Assembly (NCBI GenBank): GCA_036558745.1
Contig: DATBEZ010000038.1
Span: 1,212-65,211 of the forward strand
From: Acidimicrobiia bacterium
GTDB lineage: Bacteria; Actinomycetota; Acidimicrobiia; IMCC26256; JAMXLJ01
Length of the DNA: 64,000 nt
Direction: 5' to 3'
This document shows, one piece after another, positions 1-8,692 of this stretch. Under the pieces are notes generated by a model that was given only the letters and a program-made list of their open reading frames with translations, had not been told where the DNA came from and did not search any database. Each line of letters starts with the position of its first letter. The stretch's first letter is position 1. Both the position numbers and the translations under genes were made by a program.

Positions 1-37
1 TGTGGATCCCGAGGATCCAGACGTCGTCAGCCGCCAT
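1..37 (-). CDS. Thiolase-like (SCP-x/Ltp-type) protein, first 12 codons only; the gene runs off the 5' edge of the window
   Basis: ATG at 37 (minus) lies 7 nt downstream of AGGAG (rc of 45-49). It reads MAADDVWILGIH, a typical start of Ltp/SCP-x thiolases. It sits 29 nt downstream of the DUF35 gene, the usual DUF35-thiolase order. Only 12 aa are visible. Confidence 0.4.
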   Translation of the reverse strand, partial: MAADDVWILGIH

Positions 38-66
38 CGCGAGGCTCCTGTTCTTCTCTGCGGTCT

Positions 67-465
67 CTACTGGATGGGCTCGAAGCCGAAGCCGACGGCC
101 TCGGTGCCGGCGCTGTCGGTCCCGATGGGAAACGTCGTCAGCTTCACCTTCATGCCCAACTGCACGTGGTCGGGGTCGGCGGGCACGTTGACGACGTTGC
201 CCCGCACGCTCGTGCCCCCGCAGTCGACCACGGCGGCGACGAACGGCACCGGGATGCCGGGGGCGGCGAACGAGACGATCGTGAACGCGCGCACCTCACC
301 CGTCGTGGGCACGGTGACCTTCGTGAACTCGGTGCCGCTGCAGCTCGCGCACGCGTTGCGCCGGTCGAAGAAGCGCGCCCCGCACGCGGTGCACTCGGTG
401 GCGACGAGGTGCGGGTCGTCGCCGAGCACGAGGTAGTCGACGAGCGGCACCTGCTGGCTGGTCAT
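67..465 (-). CDS. DUF35 family Zn-ribbon/OB-fold protein (thiolase or aldolase partner subunit)
   Basis: Track ORF 67..528(-); start moved to ATG 465 (MTSQQVPLVDYL) behind GGAGGGAG. It has a CTACGARFFDRRNACASCSG CxxC..CxxC ribbon followed by an OB-fold-like segment (GEVRAFTIV..GMKVKL). Confidence 0.85.
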   Translation of the reverse strand: MTSQQVPLVDYLVLGDDPHLVATECTACGARFFDRRNACASCSGTEFTKVTVPTTGEVRAFTIVSFAAPGIPVPFVAAVVDCGGTSVRGNVVNVPADPDHVQLGMKVKLTTFPIGTDSAGTEAVGFGFEPIQ

Positions 466-584
466 CACGGCTCCCTCCGGACGGCGAGGGCCGGCGCGCC
501 GTCGCGCCGAGCGGCGCCCATCCTGCACGATCGGCGCCGCGCCGGTCGATCGGGAGCGCGCGACGCGTCGATCGATTCGCTCGG

Positions 585-626
585 TTGGGACACGATCCGG
601 TGCCAGAGCACCGGATCGTGTCCCAA
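585..626. repeat. 42-bp extragenic palindrome of the TTGGGAC...GTCCCAA family, copy 1 (perfect 18-bp arms, 6-nt loop)
   Basis: TTGGGACACGATCCGGTG-CCAGAG-CACCGGATCGTGTCCCAA read directly. It is intergenic between 649..1179(-) and 67..465(-). CTCGG occurs on both flanks (580-584 and 627-631). Confidence 0.85.
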
Positions 627-648
627 CTCGGGGTTCGGGGCGTGCGGG

Positions 649-1179
649 TCAGGCCGAGGTGCCCGACGTGGAGCCGGACGGGGCGGTCCCGCTCTGAGCC
701 GGCGGCTGGCCCGGCGCGCCTTGGCCCGGTCCGCCCGAGCCCTGACCACCGGAACCCTGGGGCCCGGCGCCGAACCCGGACTCGGTACCGGTCACCTTGA
801 ACGACGCGTCGACCTTCACCGTCACCTCGGTGCCGTCGGCCTTGCGCAGGTGCGCCTCGTAGGGCGAGCCGGCGGAGTCGGTCTCGACCCGGATGACGGT
901 CGCGTTCGGCACCGCCGCGAGCGCGGCGGCCTTCACCTTGTCGGCGGTCGTGCCCGTGAGCAGCGTCTCGTTCGGTCCGTGGGTCATCGTCGCCGGGTCC
1001 TGACCCTGGTTCGGCGCGGCCGCCGGGTAGCCGCTCGACGAGCTGGTCGACGACGAGCCGTTCGAGCCCGACGAGCCGCTCGTGGCCGCGCCGGCGATGC
1101 CGGCGGCACCCACGGCGATGCCGGCGGCCGCCGCGGCCGTGAGCAGCCACGCCCGGGCCCGATGGGTGGTGGGTTTCAT
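649..1179 (-). CDS. Secreted PepSY-domain protein with Ser/Gly-rich linker and Gly/Pro/Gln-rich tail
   Basis: Track ORF 649..1236(-); start at ATG 1179 (MKPTTHRARAWLLTAAAAAGIAVGAAG signal-like N-terminus) behind GAAGGAG. The core ADKVKAAALAAVPNATVIRVETDSAGSPYEAHLRKADGTEVTVKVDASFKV matches the PepSY pattern. Confidence 0.7.
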   Translation of the reverse strand: MKPTTHRARAWLLTAAAAAGIAVGAAGIAGAATSGSSGSNGSSSTSSSSGYPAAAPNQGQDPATMTHGPNETLLTGTTADKVKAAALAAVPNATVIRVETDSAGSPYEAHLRKADGTEVTVKVDASFKVTGTESGFGAGPQGSGGQGSGGPGQGAPGQPPAQSGTAPSGSTSGTSA

Positions 1180-1356
1180 GCGCGCTCCTTCTCTCGGGAT
1201 GAGACGTCCCGCGTACGGGACCCGCTCACCCTCCACGGCCGGCCTGGGCGCGCCCTGGGAGCGCGGTCAATCGCCTCTGGCAATCGGCCCGTCTTGCCGC
1301 ACCACGCAGCGCTGCTGGAACATCGACGCCGTCCACCGCGTCCCACAGGAGCACCC

Positions 1357-2472
1357 ATGCGCACGCCGATCTGTGAACGACTCGGCATCGAGTTCCCGCT
1401 GTTCGCGTTCTCGCACTGCCGCGACGTGGTCGCGGCGGTGAGCAAGGCCGGCGGCTACGGCGTGCTCGGCGCGCTCGCGTTCAGCCCCGATCAGCTCGAG
1501 ATCGAGCTCAACTGGATCGACGACAACATCGACGGCAAGCCCTACGGCGTCGACTTCGCGATGCCGGAGAAGTTCGTCGGCAAGGGTGAGCAGTTCTCGC
1601 TCGAGGGGCTCCAGTCGATGGTGCCCGTGGAGCACAAGGAGTTCGTCGAGAAGATCCTCGCCGACCACGGCGTGCCGCCACTGCCCGAGGGCTCGGAAGG
1701 CGTGGTCAAGGCGGCCGGTCTCGGTGTGGAGGCCGAGGGTCCGGGTCAGGTCGAGGCGACGCTGCGCCACCCGGTGTCGATGCTGGTGAACGCGCTGGGC
1801 CCGCCGCCGGCCTACGCGGTCGAGGCCGCGCACGCGAAGGGTGTGCTCGTCGGCGCGCTGTCGGGCAGCCCTCGGCACGCGCAGCGCAACCTCGAGCGCG
1901 GCGTCGACGTGATCATCGCCCAGGGCACCGAAGCGGGCGGTCACACCGGTGAGATCTCGACCATGGTGCTCGTCCCGGAGATCGTCGACACCGTCGGACC
2001 CGACGTGCCCGTGCTCGCCGCGGGCGGGATCGGTCGCGGACGTCAGATGGCGGCCGCGATGGCGCTCGGCGCGCAGGGCGCGTGGACCGGGTCGATCTGG
2101 CTCACGGTCAGCGAGTCGTCGACCCAGCCGTGGGTCATCGAGAACTTGCTGGAGGCCGGCTTCACCGACACGGTGCGCTCGCGCTCGATGACGGGCAAGC
2201 CCGCGCGGCAGCTGCGCACCGCGTGGACCGAGGCGTGGGAGCGCGACGACGCGCCCGCGCCGTTGCCGATGCCGCTCCAGGGTCTGCTGTACGCGCCGGC
2301 CGCGCACCGGTTCATGCGCGTGCAGTCACGGGAGCTGTCGGGATCCCCCGTCGGTCAGATCATCGGACGCGTCGACCGGGTGCGACCCGCGAAGGACGTC
2401 GTCTACGAGATCGTCGAGGAGTGGATCGAGACGACGCAGCAGCTCTGCGCCGGGCTGGACGACGAGAGCTGA
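1357..2472 (+). CDS. Nitronate monooxygenase / NAD(P)H-dependent flavin oxidoreductase (2-nitropropane dioxygenase family)
   Basis: ATG 1357 lies in the frame of track ORF 166..2472. N-terminus MRTPICERLGIEFPLFAFSH, and the QGTEAGGHTG and AAGGIGRG FMN-barrel motifs are present. The upstream part of the track ORF is Arg/Gly-rich noise. Confidence 0.85.
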   Translation: MRTPICERLGIEFPLFAFSHCRDVVAAVSKAGGYGVLGALAFSPDQLEIELNWIDDNIDGKPYGVDFAMPEKFVGKGEQFSLEGLQSMVPVEHKEFVEKILADHGVPPLPEGSEGVVKAAGLGVEAEGPGQVEATLRHPVSMLVNALGPPPAYAVEAAHAKGVLVGALSGSPRHAQRNLERGVDVIIAQGTEAGGHTGEISTMVLVPEIVDTVGPDVPVLAAGGIGRGRQMAAAMALGAQGAWTGSIWLTVSESSTQPWVIENLLEAGFTDTVRSRSMTGKPARQLRTAWTEAWERDDAPAPLPMPLQGLLYAPAAHRFMRVQSRELSGSPVGQIIGRVDRVRPAKDVVYEIVEEWIETTQQLCAGLDDES

Positions 2473-2481
2473 CGGGCGCGA

Positions 2482-3185
2482 CATGCCGGACGTGTCCCCG
2501 TCATCCGCGAGGACCTGGACGACGGCACCGTCTGCCTCACGTTGAACCGGCCCGAACGGCGCAACGCGCTGAGCGCGCCGTTGCTCGCGGCGTTGCACCG
2601 CGAGTTCGACGTCATCGCGGCGGACGCCGACGGCGCGCACGTTCGTCATGCAGGAGCTCATGGCGTCGCTGTTCGAGAAGGTGCACCGGCTCCGGCAACC
2701 GGTCATCCTGCTGTCAACGGACCCGCGGTCGGCGGTGGCTTCGCGTTCGCGCTCGCGTGTGACATCCGCTTCAGCTCGACTGCGGGCCGGTACGGCGCGG
2801 TGTTCATCGCTCGCGGCGTGTCGGCGTGCGACATGGGTACGAGCTACTTCCTCCCCCGCCTCGTCGGCGCGTCGCGCGCCGCGGAGCTGATGCTCACCGG
2901 CCGCGTGTTCGACGCGGACGAGGCCCACGCGATGGGACTTGTCCTCGACGTCGTCCCCGACGGCAAGGTCGTCGCACGGGCGCTCACCACCGCTCGCCTC
3001 AATCGCCGCCAACGCGCCTCTGGCCGTGTCGATGACGAAGGACGATGTGGCAGACGGTCGGCGCGCCCGGCCTTCGCCACGCGCTCGACATGGAGAACCG
3101 CACCCAGGTGATGTGCACCGCCACCGGTGAGCGCTCGGAGGCGTTCGCGGCGTTCCGTGAAGGTCGCGCCGCGCGCTGGCAGCCG
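2482..3185 (+). pseudogene. Enoyl-CoA hydratase (crotonase) pseudogene with several frameshifts and an internal deletion
   Basis: Crotonase-like peptide is split over three frames. Frame 1: VPVIREDLDDGTVCLTLNRPERRNALSAPLLAALHREFDVIAADADGA (2482-2637). Frame 2: FVMQELMASLFEKVHRLRQPVI (2642-2707). Frame 1: AVNGPAVGGGFAFALACDIRF...GLVLDVVPDGKVVARALTTA (to ~2995). Frame 2: LASIAANAPLAVSMTKD (2993-3043). Frame 0: LRHALDMENRTQVMCTATGERSEAFAAFREGRAARW (3045-~3185). The only ATG (2483) is out of frame with the body. The TGAGRGFCAG oxyanion-hole segment present in the paralogue 11623..12417 is missing. Confidence 0.7.
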
Positions 3186-3239
3186 CTCTCGCCGGACTCG
3201 CGGGCGATTTCGCGCCGGGGGTTGGGCATACTGGCCCTC

Positions 3240-4049
3240 GTGGGGGACGCCGGGGGGCAACAAGCGATCCTGGCCGTCAGGAACCTGGAGGTCGTGTACG
3301 GCGCGGGCATCGTCGTCGTCCGCCGGGTCAGCCTGACGGTGCCGTCGGGCAGCGTCGTCGCGCTGCTCGGCGCGAACGGCGCGGGCAAGACCACGCTGCT
3401 GCGAGCCATCTCGGGCCTCCTGCCGATGCACCGCGGCCACATCGTCACGGGCACCATCGAGTTCGGGGGCGAGCGCGTGGAGCGCATGTCGGCTCCCGAC
3501 ATCGTCCGCCGCGGCATGGCCCAGGTGCTGGAGGGCCGGCGGATCTTCGCGGAGCTCTCCGTCGACGAGAACCTGCGCGCGGGCGCGTTCACGCGTCGTG
3601 ACCGTGCGCAGGTACGCGAGACGTACGACTCGGTGATGACGATGTTCCCTGTGCTCGCGCAGCGTCGCACCGCGACCGCGGGCTACCTCTCCGGAGGCGA
3701 GCAGCAGATGCTCGCCATCGGTCGGGCTCTCATGGCGGGGCCGCGGCTGCTGCTCCTGGACGAGCCGTCGCTCGGGCTCGCGCCACTCGTCGTCCAGCAG
3801 ATCCGCGACATCATCGCCGAGATCAACCGCGCCGGCACCAGCGTGCTGCTCGTCGAGCAGAACGCCACGATGGCGCTGTCGATCGCGCACCACGGGTACG
3901 TGCTCCAGAACGGCAGGGTCGCGAAGCACGGCGACGCGAGCGAGCTGCTGGCCGACGAGGAGGTCCGCGAGTTCTACCTCGGCGTCGGTGAAGGCGGCCG
4001 GCGATCGTTCCGCGACCTCAAGCCCCGCCGCGGGCGGTGGAGCGCGTGA
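3240..4049 (+). CDS. ABC transporter ATP-binding protein, LivF-like
   Basis: In the frame of track ORF 3045..4049. Has Walker A GANGAGKTTLL, signature LSGGEQQML, Walker B LLLLDEPSLGL and the C-terminal REFYLG typical of LivF. The start is uncertain (GTG 3240 or TTG 3222). Confidence 0.85.
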   Translation: MGDAGGQQAILAVRNLEVVYGAGIVVVRRVSLTVPSGSVVALLGANGAGKTTLLRAISGLLPMHRGHIVTGTIEFGGERVERMSAPDIVRRGMAQVLEGRRIFAELSVDENLRAGAFTRRDRAQVRETYDSVMTMFPVLAQRRTATAGYLSGGEQQMLAIGRALMAGPRLLLLDEPSLGLAPLVVQQIRDIIAEINRAGTSVLLVEQNATMALSIAHHGYVLQNGRVAKHGDASELLADEEVREFYLGVGEGGRRSFRDLKPRRGRWSA

Positions 4050-4828
4050 GCGCCACCAGGAGCGAGCCCCTGCTCGACGTCCGGGACGTCACGCTGCGCT
4101 TCGGCGGTGTCACCGCGCTCTCGAACGTCACATTCTCGGTCGCGCCCCGGGAGCTGTTCGCGATCATCGGGCCGAACGGCGCGGGCAAGACGTCGATCTT
4201 CAACTGCCTGAGCGGCACGTACCGTCCACAGGAAGGGTCGATCCGCCTCGAGTCGGTCGAGCTCGTCGGGAAGCGGCCGCCCGCGATCGCCCATCTCGGC
4301 GTCGCGCGCACGTTCCAGAACATCGGGCTGTTCACGAACCTGGACGTGATCGACAACCTGATGCTCGGTCGCCACCACCTCATGCGGACCGGCTTCTTCG
4401 CGGGCGCGGTGTGGTACGGGCGGGCGCGTCGCGAGGAGCTGACCCATCGCAGGCGGTGCGAGGAGCTCGTCGAGGTGCTCGACCTGGGCGCGTACCGCAA
4501 CCGTCCCGTCGGACTGCTGCCCTACGGCATCCAGAAGCGCATCGAGCTCGGGCGAGCGCTCGCGATGGAGCCGAAGCTGCTGCTCCTCGACGAGCCGGTC
4601 GCGGGCATGAACCTCGACGAGACCGAGGACATGGCGCGCCACGTGGTCGCAGTACCGCAGGAGCTCGGTGTCGCGACCGTCATCGTCGAGCACGACATGC
4701 ACCTCGTCATGGACATCGCGGACCGCGTGCTCGTGCTCGACTTCGGCGAGGTCATCGCGCTCGGACCGCCCGATGACGTGCAGTCCGACCCGCGGGTGAT
4801 CGACGCGTACCTGGGGCAGCCCGGATGA
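4037..4828 (+). CDS. ABC transporter ATP-binding protein, LivG-like
   Basis: Track ORF. Has GPNGAGKTSIFN, ARTFQN, the LivG-type insert, LLLLDEPVAGMN and a YLG tail. Its start overlaps the upstream stop (alternative GTG 4046 in a GTGA overlap). Confidence 0.88.
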   Translation: MERVSATRSEPLLDVRDVTLRFGGVTALSNVTFSVAPRELFAIIGPNGAGKTSIFNCLSGTYRPQEGSIRLESVELVGKRPPAIAHLGVARTFQNIGLFTNLDVIDNLMLGRHHLMRTGFFAGAVWYGRARREELTHRRRCEELVEVLDLGAYRNRPVGLLPYGIQKRIELGRALAMEPKLLLLDEPVAGMNLDETEDMARHVVAVPQELGVATVIVEHDMHLVMDIADRVLVLDFGEVIALGPPDDVQSDPRVIDAYLGQPG

Positions 4829-6660
4829 CCGAGACGATGCGCCCGTCGGTGACGACGACCGCCGGTGACGCGCCCGGGCTGCCCAACCTGCTGTCGCGCC
4901 ACGCGGCCGCGACACCGGATCGGGTCGCGTGGCGGATCAAGCGCCTCGGGTACTGGCACGACGTCACGTGGGCGCGCGCCGAACGACAGACCGCGGCGGC
5001 CGGTCTCGGTTGGCGCGCGCTCGGCGTGCAGTCCGGACAGACGGTCGCGCTCCTCAGCGGCAACCGTCCCGAGTGGCTCGCCGCCGACATCGGCGCCCAG
5101 GGCGTCGGTGCGATCACCGCCGGGCTGCACCCGGCGAGTCCCGCGGCCGAGGTCGGACGGCTGCTCGATCACGTCAGCGCGGTGGCAGTGCTCGTCGAGG
5201 ATGCTTCACAGCTCGAGCTCGTGCGTGCGGTCCGGTCACGCGTGCCGTCGCTGCGGACGACGGTCGTGATCGACACCGCAGGGATCCCGTCGCTCGACGG
5301 GAGCACCGAGATGAGCTTCGGCGAGCTGTGCGCGCTCGGCGACACGAGCGGCGATCCGGTTCCGGGCTGGCGCGACGCCATCACGTCGGTGTCGGGCCAC
5401 AACCCCGCGACGATCGTGTTCTCGGCCGGCAGCGACCCGCCGCGCGCGGTCGTGCTCTCGCATCGCAACCTCGTGCAGACCGGCCGGGCCCTCGCCGACG
5501 CGCTCGCACTCCGCGCGACGGACGAGACCGTCTCCGCGCTGCCGCTGGCGTTCGTCGTCGAGCGGGTCGTCTCGGGCGCCGCCGCGCTCCACACGGGCTA
5601 CGTCGTCGACTTCGGCAATGGTCCCGCGACGCTCACCGAGGACGCACGCGAGGCGCAGCCCACCGTCTTCGTGACCGTGCCGCGCACGTGGGAGAGCATC
5701 CGGGAGACGATCGAGGGACGGATGGCGCACGCCGACTGGATCAAGCGGCGGGCGTTCCGCACCTGGCAACGCCGAGGTGCCGCCCGGGCCGCCCGGGGGA
5801 AACGGGTGAGCCGGCTCGGTTGGCGGCTCGTGTACCGGCCGCTGTGGAAGAAGTTCGGGCTCCAGCGCACACGTGTGGCGATGTCGATCGGCGCACCCAT
5901 CGCCGCGCCGGTCGTCGAGTTTCTCGCCTCGCTCGGCATGCCCGTGCGCGAGTCGTACGGCACCGTCGAGACGACCGGCTTCGCCACGTGCCCGAGCGGG
6001 CGGTCGGCGGCGCGCGCGGGCGCCGGGACGGCGCTGCCCGGTGTGGAGCTGCGGATCGGCCCGGACGACGAGATCCTCGTGCGCGGCCCCAACGTGTTCC
6101 TGGGCTACGCGGCCGACCCCGAGCGCACCGCGTCGGTGCTCGGTCCCGACGGCTGGTTCCACACCGGCGACACGGGCACGCTCGACGGCGACGGCCGGCT
6201 CACGATCACGGGCCGCACGAAGGACCTCATCGTCACCGCGACCGGTGCCGCGGTCGCGCCGCGCTTCCTCGAGGACCGGCTGAAGCTGTCGCCTTACGTG
6301 CACGAGGTGGTGATCGTGGGCGACGCGCGTCCGTACCTGACCGCGCTCATCGATCCCGCGGAGGACGCGCTCGCGTCGTGGGCGGCGACCCACGCCGTCC
6401 CGTACTCGTCGCGCCGCGACCTCGATGCACATGCCGAGATCCGCGAGCTGTACGAGGGCTGTCTCGACGAGGTGAACCGCGACCTCGCGCCGACCGAGCA
6501 GGTGCGCGACTTCCGGCTGCTCCCCGCGCCGCTGGACCAGGCCTCGGGTCAGCTCACCTCGACCCACCGGGTGCGGCGCGAGGCCGTCCTCGACCACTAC
6601 CGCGAGCTCGTGGGCGAGATGTACGACCGTGCCGCACCGAGCGCCGGGGGGCACTCATGA
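4825..6660 (+). CDS. AMP-dependent synthetase/ligase, long-chain acyl-CoA synthetase-like, with degenerate core motifs
   Basis: Track ORF with an ATGA overlap to the upstream gene. Shows FAA1/FadD15-like architecture (LPLAFVVERV, YGTVETTG, GWFHTGDTGTLDGDGRLTITGRTKDLI). The A3 P-loop reads FSAGSDPPRA instead of (T/S)SG(T/S)TGxPKG, and the A10 region reads LTSTHRVRR. Confidence 0.8.
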   Translation: MTETMRPSVTTTAGDAPGLPNLLSRHAAATPDRVAWRIKRLGYWHDVTWARAERQTAAAGLGWRALGVQSGQTVALLSGNRPEWLAADIGAQGVGAITAGLHPASPAAEVGRLLDHVSAVAVLVEDASQLELVRAVRSRVPSLRTTVVIDTAGIPSLDGSTEMSFGELCALGDTSGDPVPGWRDAITSVSGHNPATIVFSAGSDPPRAVVLSHRNLVQTGRALADALALRATDETVSALPLAFVVERVVSGAAALHTGYVVDFGNGPATLTEDAREAQPTVFVTVPRTWESIRETIEGRMAHADWIKRRAFRTWQRRGAARAARGKRVSRLGWRLVYRPLWKKFGLQRTRVAMSIGAPIAAPVVEFLASLGMPVRESYGTVETTGFATCPSGRSAARAGAGTALPGVELRIGPDDEILVRGPNVFLGYAADPERTASVLGPDGWFHTGDTGTLDGDGRLTITGRTKDLIVTATGAAVAPRFLEDRLKLSPYVHEVVIVGDARPYLTALIDPAEDALASWAATHAVPYSSRRDLDAHAEIRELYEGCLDEVNRDLAPTEQVRDFRLLPAPLDQASGQLTSTHRVRREAVLDHYRELVGEMYDRAAPSAGGHS

Positions 6661-7553
6661 CGCAGTTTCTCGAAGCGTGCGTGCAGGGCATCGCCATCGG
6701 CGCCCAGTACGCGTTGGTCGCGCTGGGGTTCGTGATCATCTACCGGGCGACGGGCGTCATCAACTTCGCGCAGGGCGGCTTCGTGGTGCTCGGCGCGTAC
6801 TTCGCGTACGACTTCCACGTCACGCTCGGCATCGCCTTCTATCCCGCGCTCGTGCTGGCGATGCTCGCCGGCGCGGTCGTCGGCGTCATCGTCGAGGCCA
6901 CGGTGCTGCGCCGCTTGATCGGCCAACCGCCGTTCGTCCTCATCATGATCACGATCGGCGTGCTGACGGTCATCGAGCAGGTCGTCCCGACGGTTTGGGG
7001 CGCGAATCCCCTGCCGCTCGGCGACCCGTGGGGCGTCCACTCCGTCGACGCGGGCAAGATCACGATCCGCGTCGCCGACCTCTGGACCATCGGGCTCGTC
7101 GCCGCGGTCCTGATCGTCTTCTTCCTCTTCTTCCGCTACTCGAAGATGGGCGTCGCGATGCGCGCGACCGCGGTCGATCTCGAGGCCTCGCTCGCGCAGG
7201 GCATCAGCGTCCGTCGTGTGGTCGCGGTGTCGTGGGGCATCGCGGGACTCGTCGCCGCGCTGGCCGGCGTGACGCTCGCAGGAGGTGGGGCAGGTGTCCG
7301 GCCCGACATCGAGCTCGTCGCGTTCCTCGCCTTCCCCGCGATCATCCTGGGCGGGCTCGACTCGCCCGGCGGTGCGGTCGTCGGCGGTCTGGTGATCGGG
7401 GTCACCCAGTCGCTCACCGCGACGTACCAGCCGCAGTACGCGTCGTGGCTCGGGACCGGGTTCAACCTCGTCGTGCCCTACATCGTGATGGTCATCATCC
7501 TCATGGTCCGACCGTACGGGCTGTTCGGTCAGACCCGTGTGCGGAGGGCGTGA
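6657..7553 (+). CDS. ABC transporter permease, LivH-like
   Basis: ATG 6657 in an ATGA overlap with the ligase stop. Starts MTQFLEACVQGIAIGAQYALVALGFVIIYRATGVINFAQG, the classic LivH N-terminus, and is polytopic and hydrophobic throughout. Confidence 0.9.
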   Translation: MTQFLEACVQGIAIGAQYALVALGFVIIYRATGVINFAQGGFVVLGAYFAYDFHVTLGIAFYPALVLAMLAGAVVGVIVEATVLRRLIGQPPFVLIMITIGVLTVIEQVVPTVWGANPLPLGDPWGVHSVDAGKITIRVADLWTIGLVAAVLIVFFLFFRYSKMGVAMRATAVDLEASLAQGISVRRVVAVSWGIAGLVAALAGVTLAGGGAGVRPDIELVAFLAFPAIILGGLDSPGGAVVGGLVIGVTQSLTATYQPQYASWLGTGFNLVVPYIVMVIILMVRPYGLFGQTRVRRA

Positions 7554-8692
7554 TGGCCGCGCTGGTCCCGACCCGACGCACGCGCTCGGCCCGTCCGCCG
7601 CGCACGATGCCGCGCCGGCCCGAGCAGACCCTGCGCCTGTTCGGCGGCCGCACCCAGTTCCTCTGGATCGTCGCGCTCGTCGTCGTGTGGGTGATGCTGC
7701 CGAACCTGCTCACCGACTTCTGGCTCGACGTGCTCGCGCGGTGCGGGCTCGCGGCCGTCGGCGCGATCGGCCTCAACCTGCTCACGGGCTACACCGGGCA
7801 GATCTCGCTCGGGCACGCGTTCTTCATCGGGTGCGGCGCGTACGTGGCGGGCTGGTTCGGCGTGCAGCAGGGGCTGCCGCTGCTGGTGTGGCTCCCGCTC
7901 GCGGCGGTGATCGGCGCGATCGTCGGCGCCGCGATCGGCCCGTTCGCACTCCGTCTGCGCGGCGACTACCTCGCGATCGTCACCATCGGGCTGCTGTACG
8001 TCGGCGAGTACATCTTCACCAACTGGGACTCGGTGACGGGCGGCCATGCCGGGACGGCCACCGACGCGCCGGTGTCGATCGGCTCGATCGACTTCGCGCA
8101 CCTGCACGCGTTCGGTCAGATCTACACACGCCGCCAGGGCATGTTCTGGCTGTGCTGGGCGGTGGCGGGGATCGTCGCGCTGATCGCGAGCAACATCGTG
8201 CGCACCCGCCCGGGCCGCGCGATGCAGGCCGTGCGCGACCAGGACGTCGCGGCGGAGGTCGTCGGCGTGAGCCTCACCCGCTACAAGATCGGCGCGTTCG
8301 CGGTGTCGAGCGCGATGGCCGCGGTCGCGGGCGGGCTCTTCGGCGTGGTGCAGCAGTTCGTCAACCCGACCGACTTCGGTGGCGCGCCCGGGCTGGTGCT
8401 GTCGATCACGTACGTCGCCATGATCATTATCGGCGGCATCGGCACGATCCGCGGCGCGGTCATCGGGGCGATCGTCGTCGTGGGGCTCCCCCAGGTCATC
8501 CAGAACTTCAGCCAGTCGCACCACATCCCGTTCGTGTCCAGCACCAGCACCGGGAACGGTCACCTGTCGGTCTTCGCCCTCAACCAGATCATCTTCGGGT
8601 TGCTCATCATCGTCTTCTTGCTGTTCGAGTCGCGCGGCATGGTGGCGCTCATCGAACGGGCCCGGGCCTGGGTCCGCAACTGGCCGTTCTGA
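7553..8692 (+). CDS. ABC transporter permease, LivM-like
   Basis: ATG 7553 overlaps the upstream TGA by 1 nt. Has the GLNLLTGYTGQISLGHAFFIGCGAY LivM signature and multiple TM segments. Confidence 0.9.
   Translation: MAALVPTRRTRSARPPRTMPRRPEQTLRLFGGRTQFLWIVALVVVWVMLPNLLTDFWLDVLARCGLAAVGAIGLNLLTGYTGQISLGHAFFIGCGAYVAGWFGVQQGLPLLVWLPLAAVIGAIVGAAIGPFALRLRGDYLAIVTIGLLYVGEYIFTNWDSVTGGHAGTATDAPVSIGSIDFAHLHAFGQIYTRRQGMFWLCWAVAGIVALIASNIVRTRPGRAMQAVRDQDVAAEVVGVSLTRYKIGAFAVSSAMAAVAGGLFGVVQQFVNPTDFGGAPGLVLSITYVAMIIIGGIGTIRGAVIGAIVVVGLPQVIQNFSQSHHIPFVSSTSTGNGHLSVFALNQIIFGLLIIVFLLFESRGMVALIERARAWVRNWPF

Noticed and set aside
166-1356. N-terminal 397 codons of track ORF 166..2472
   Set aside because: Only the part from ATG 1357 resembles nitronate monooxygenase. 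The upstream part is Arg/Gly-rich, and it overlaps the DUF35 and PepSY genes on the opposite strand.
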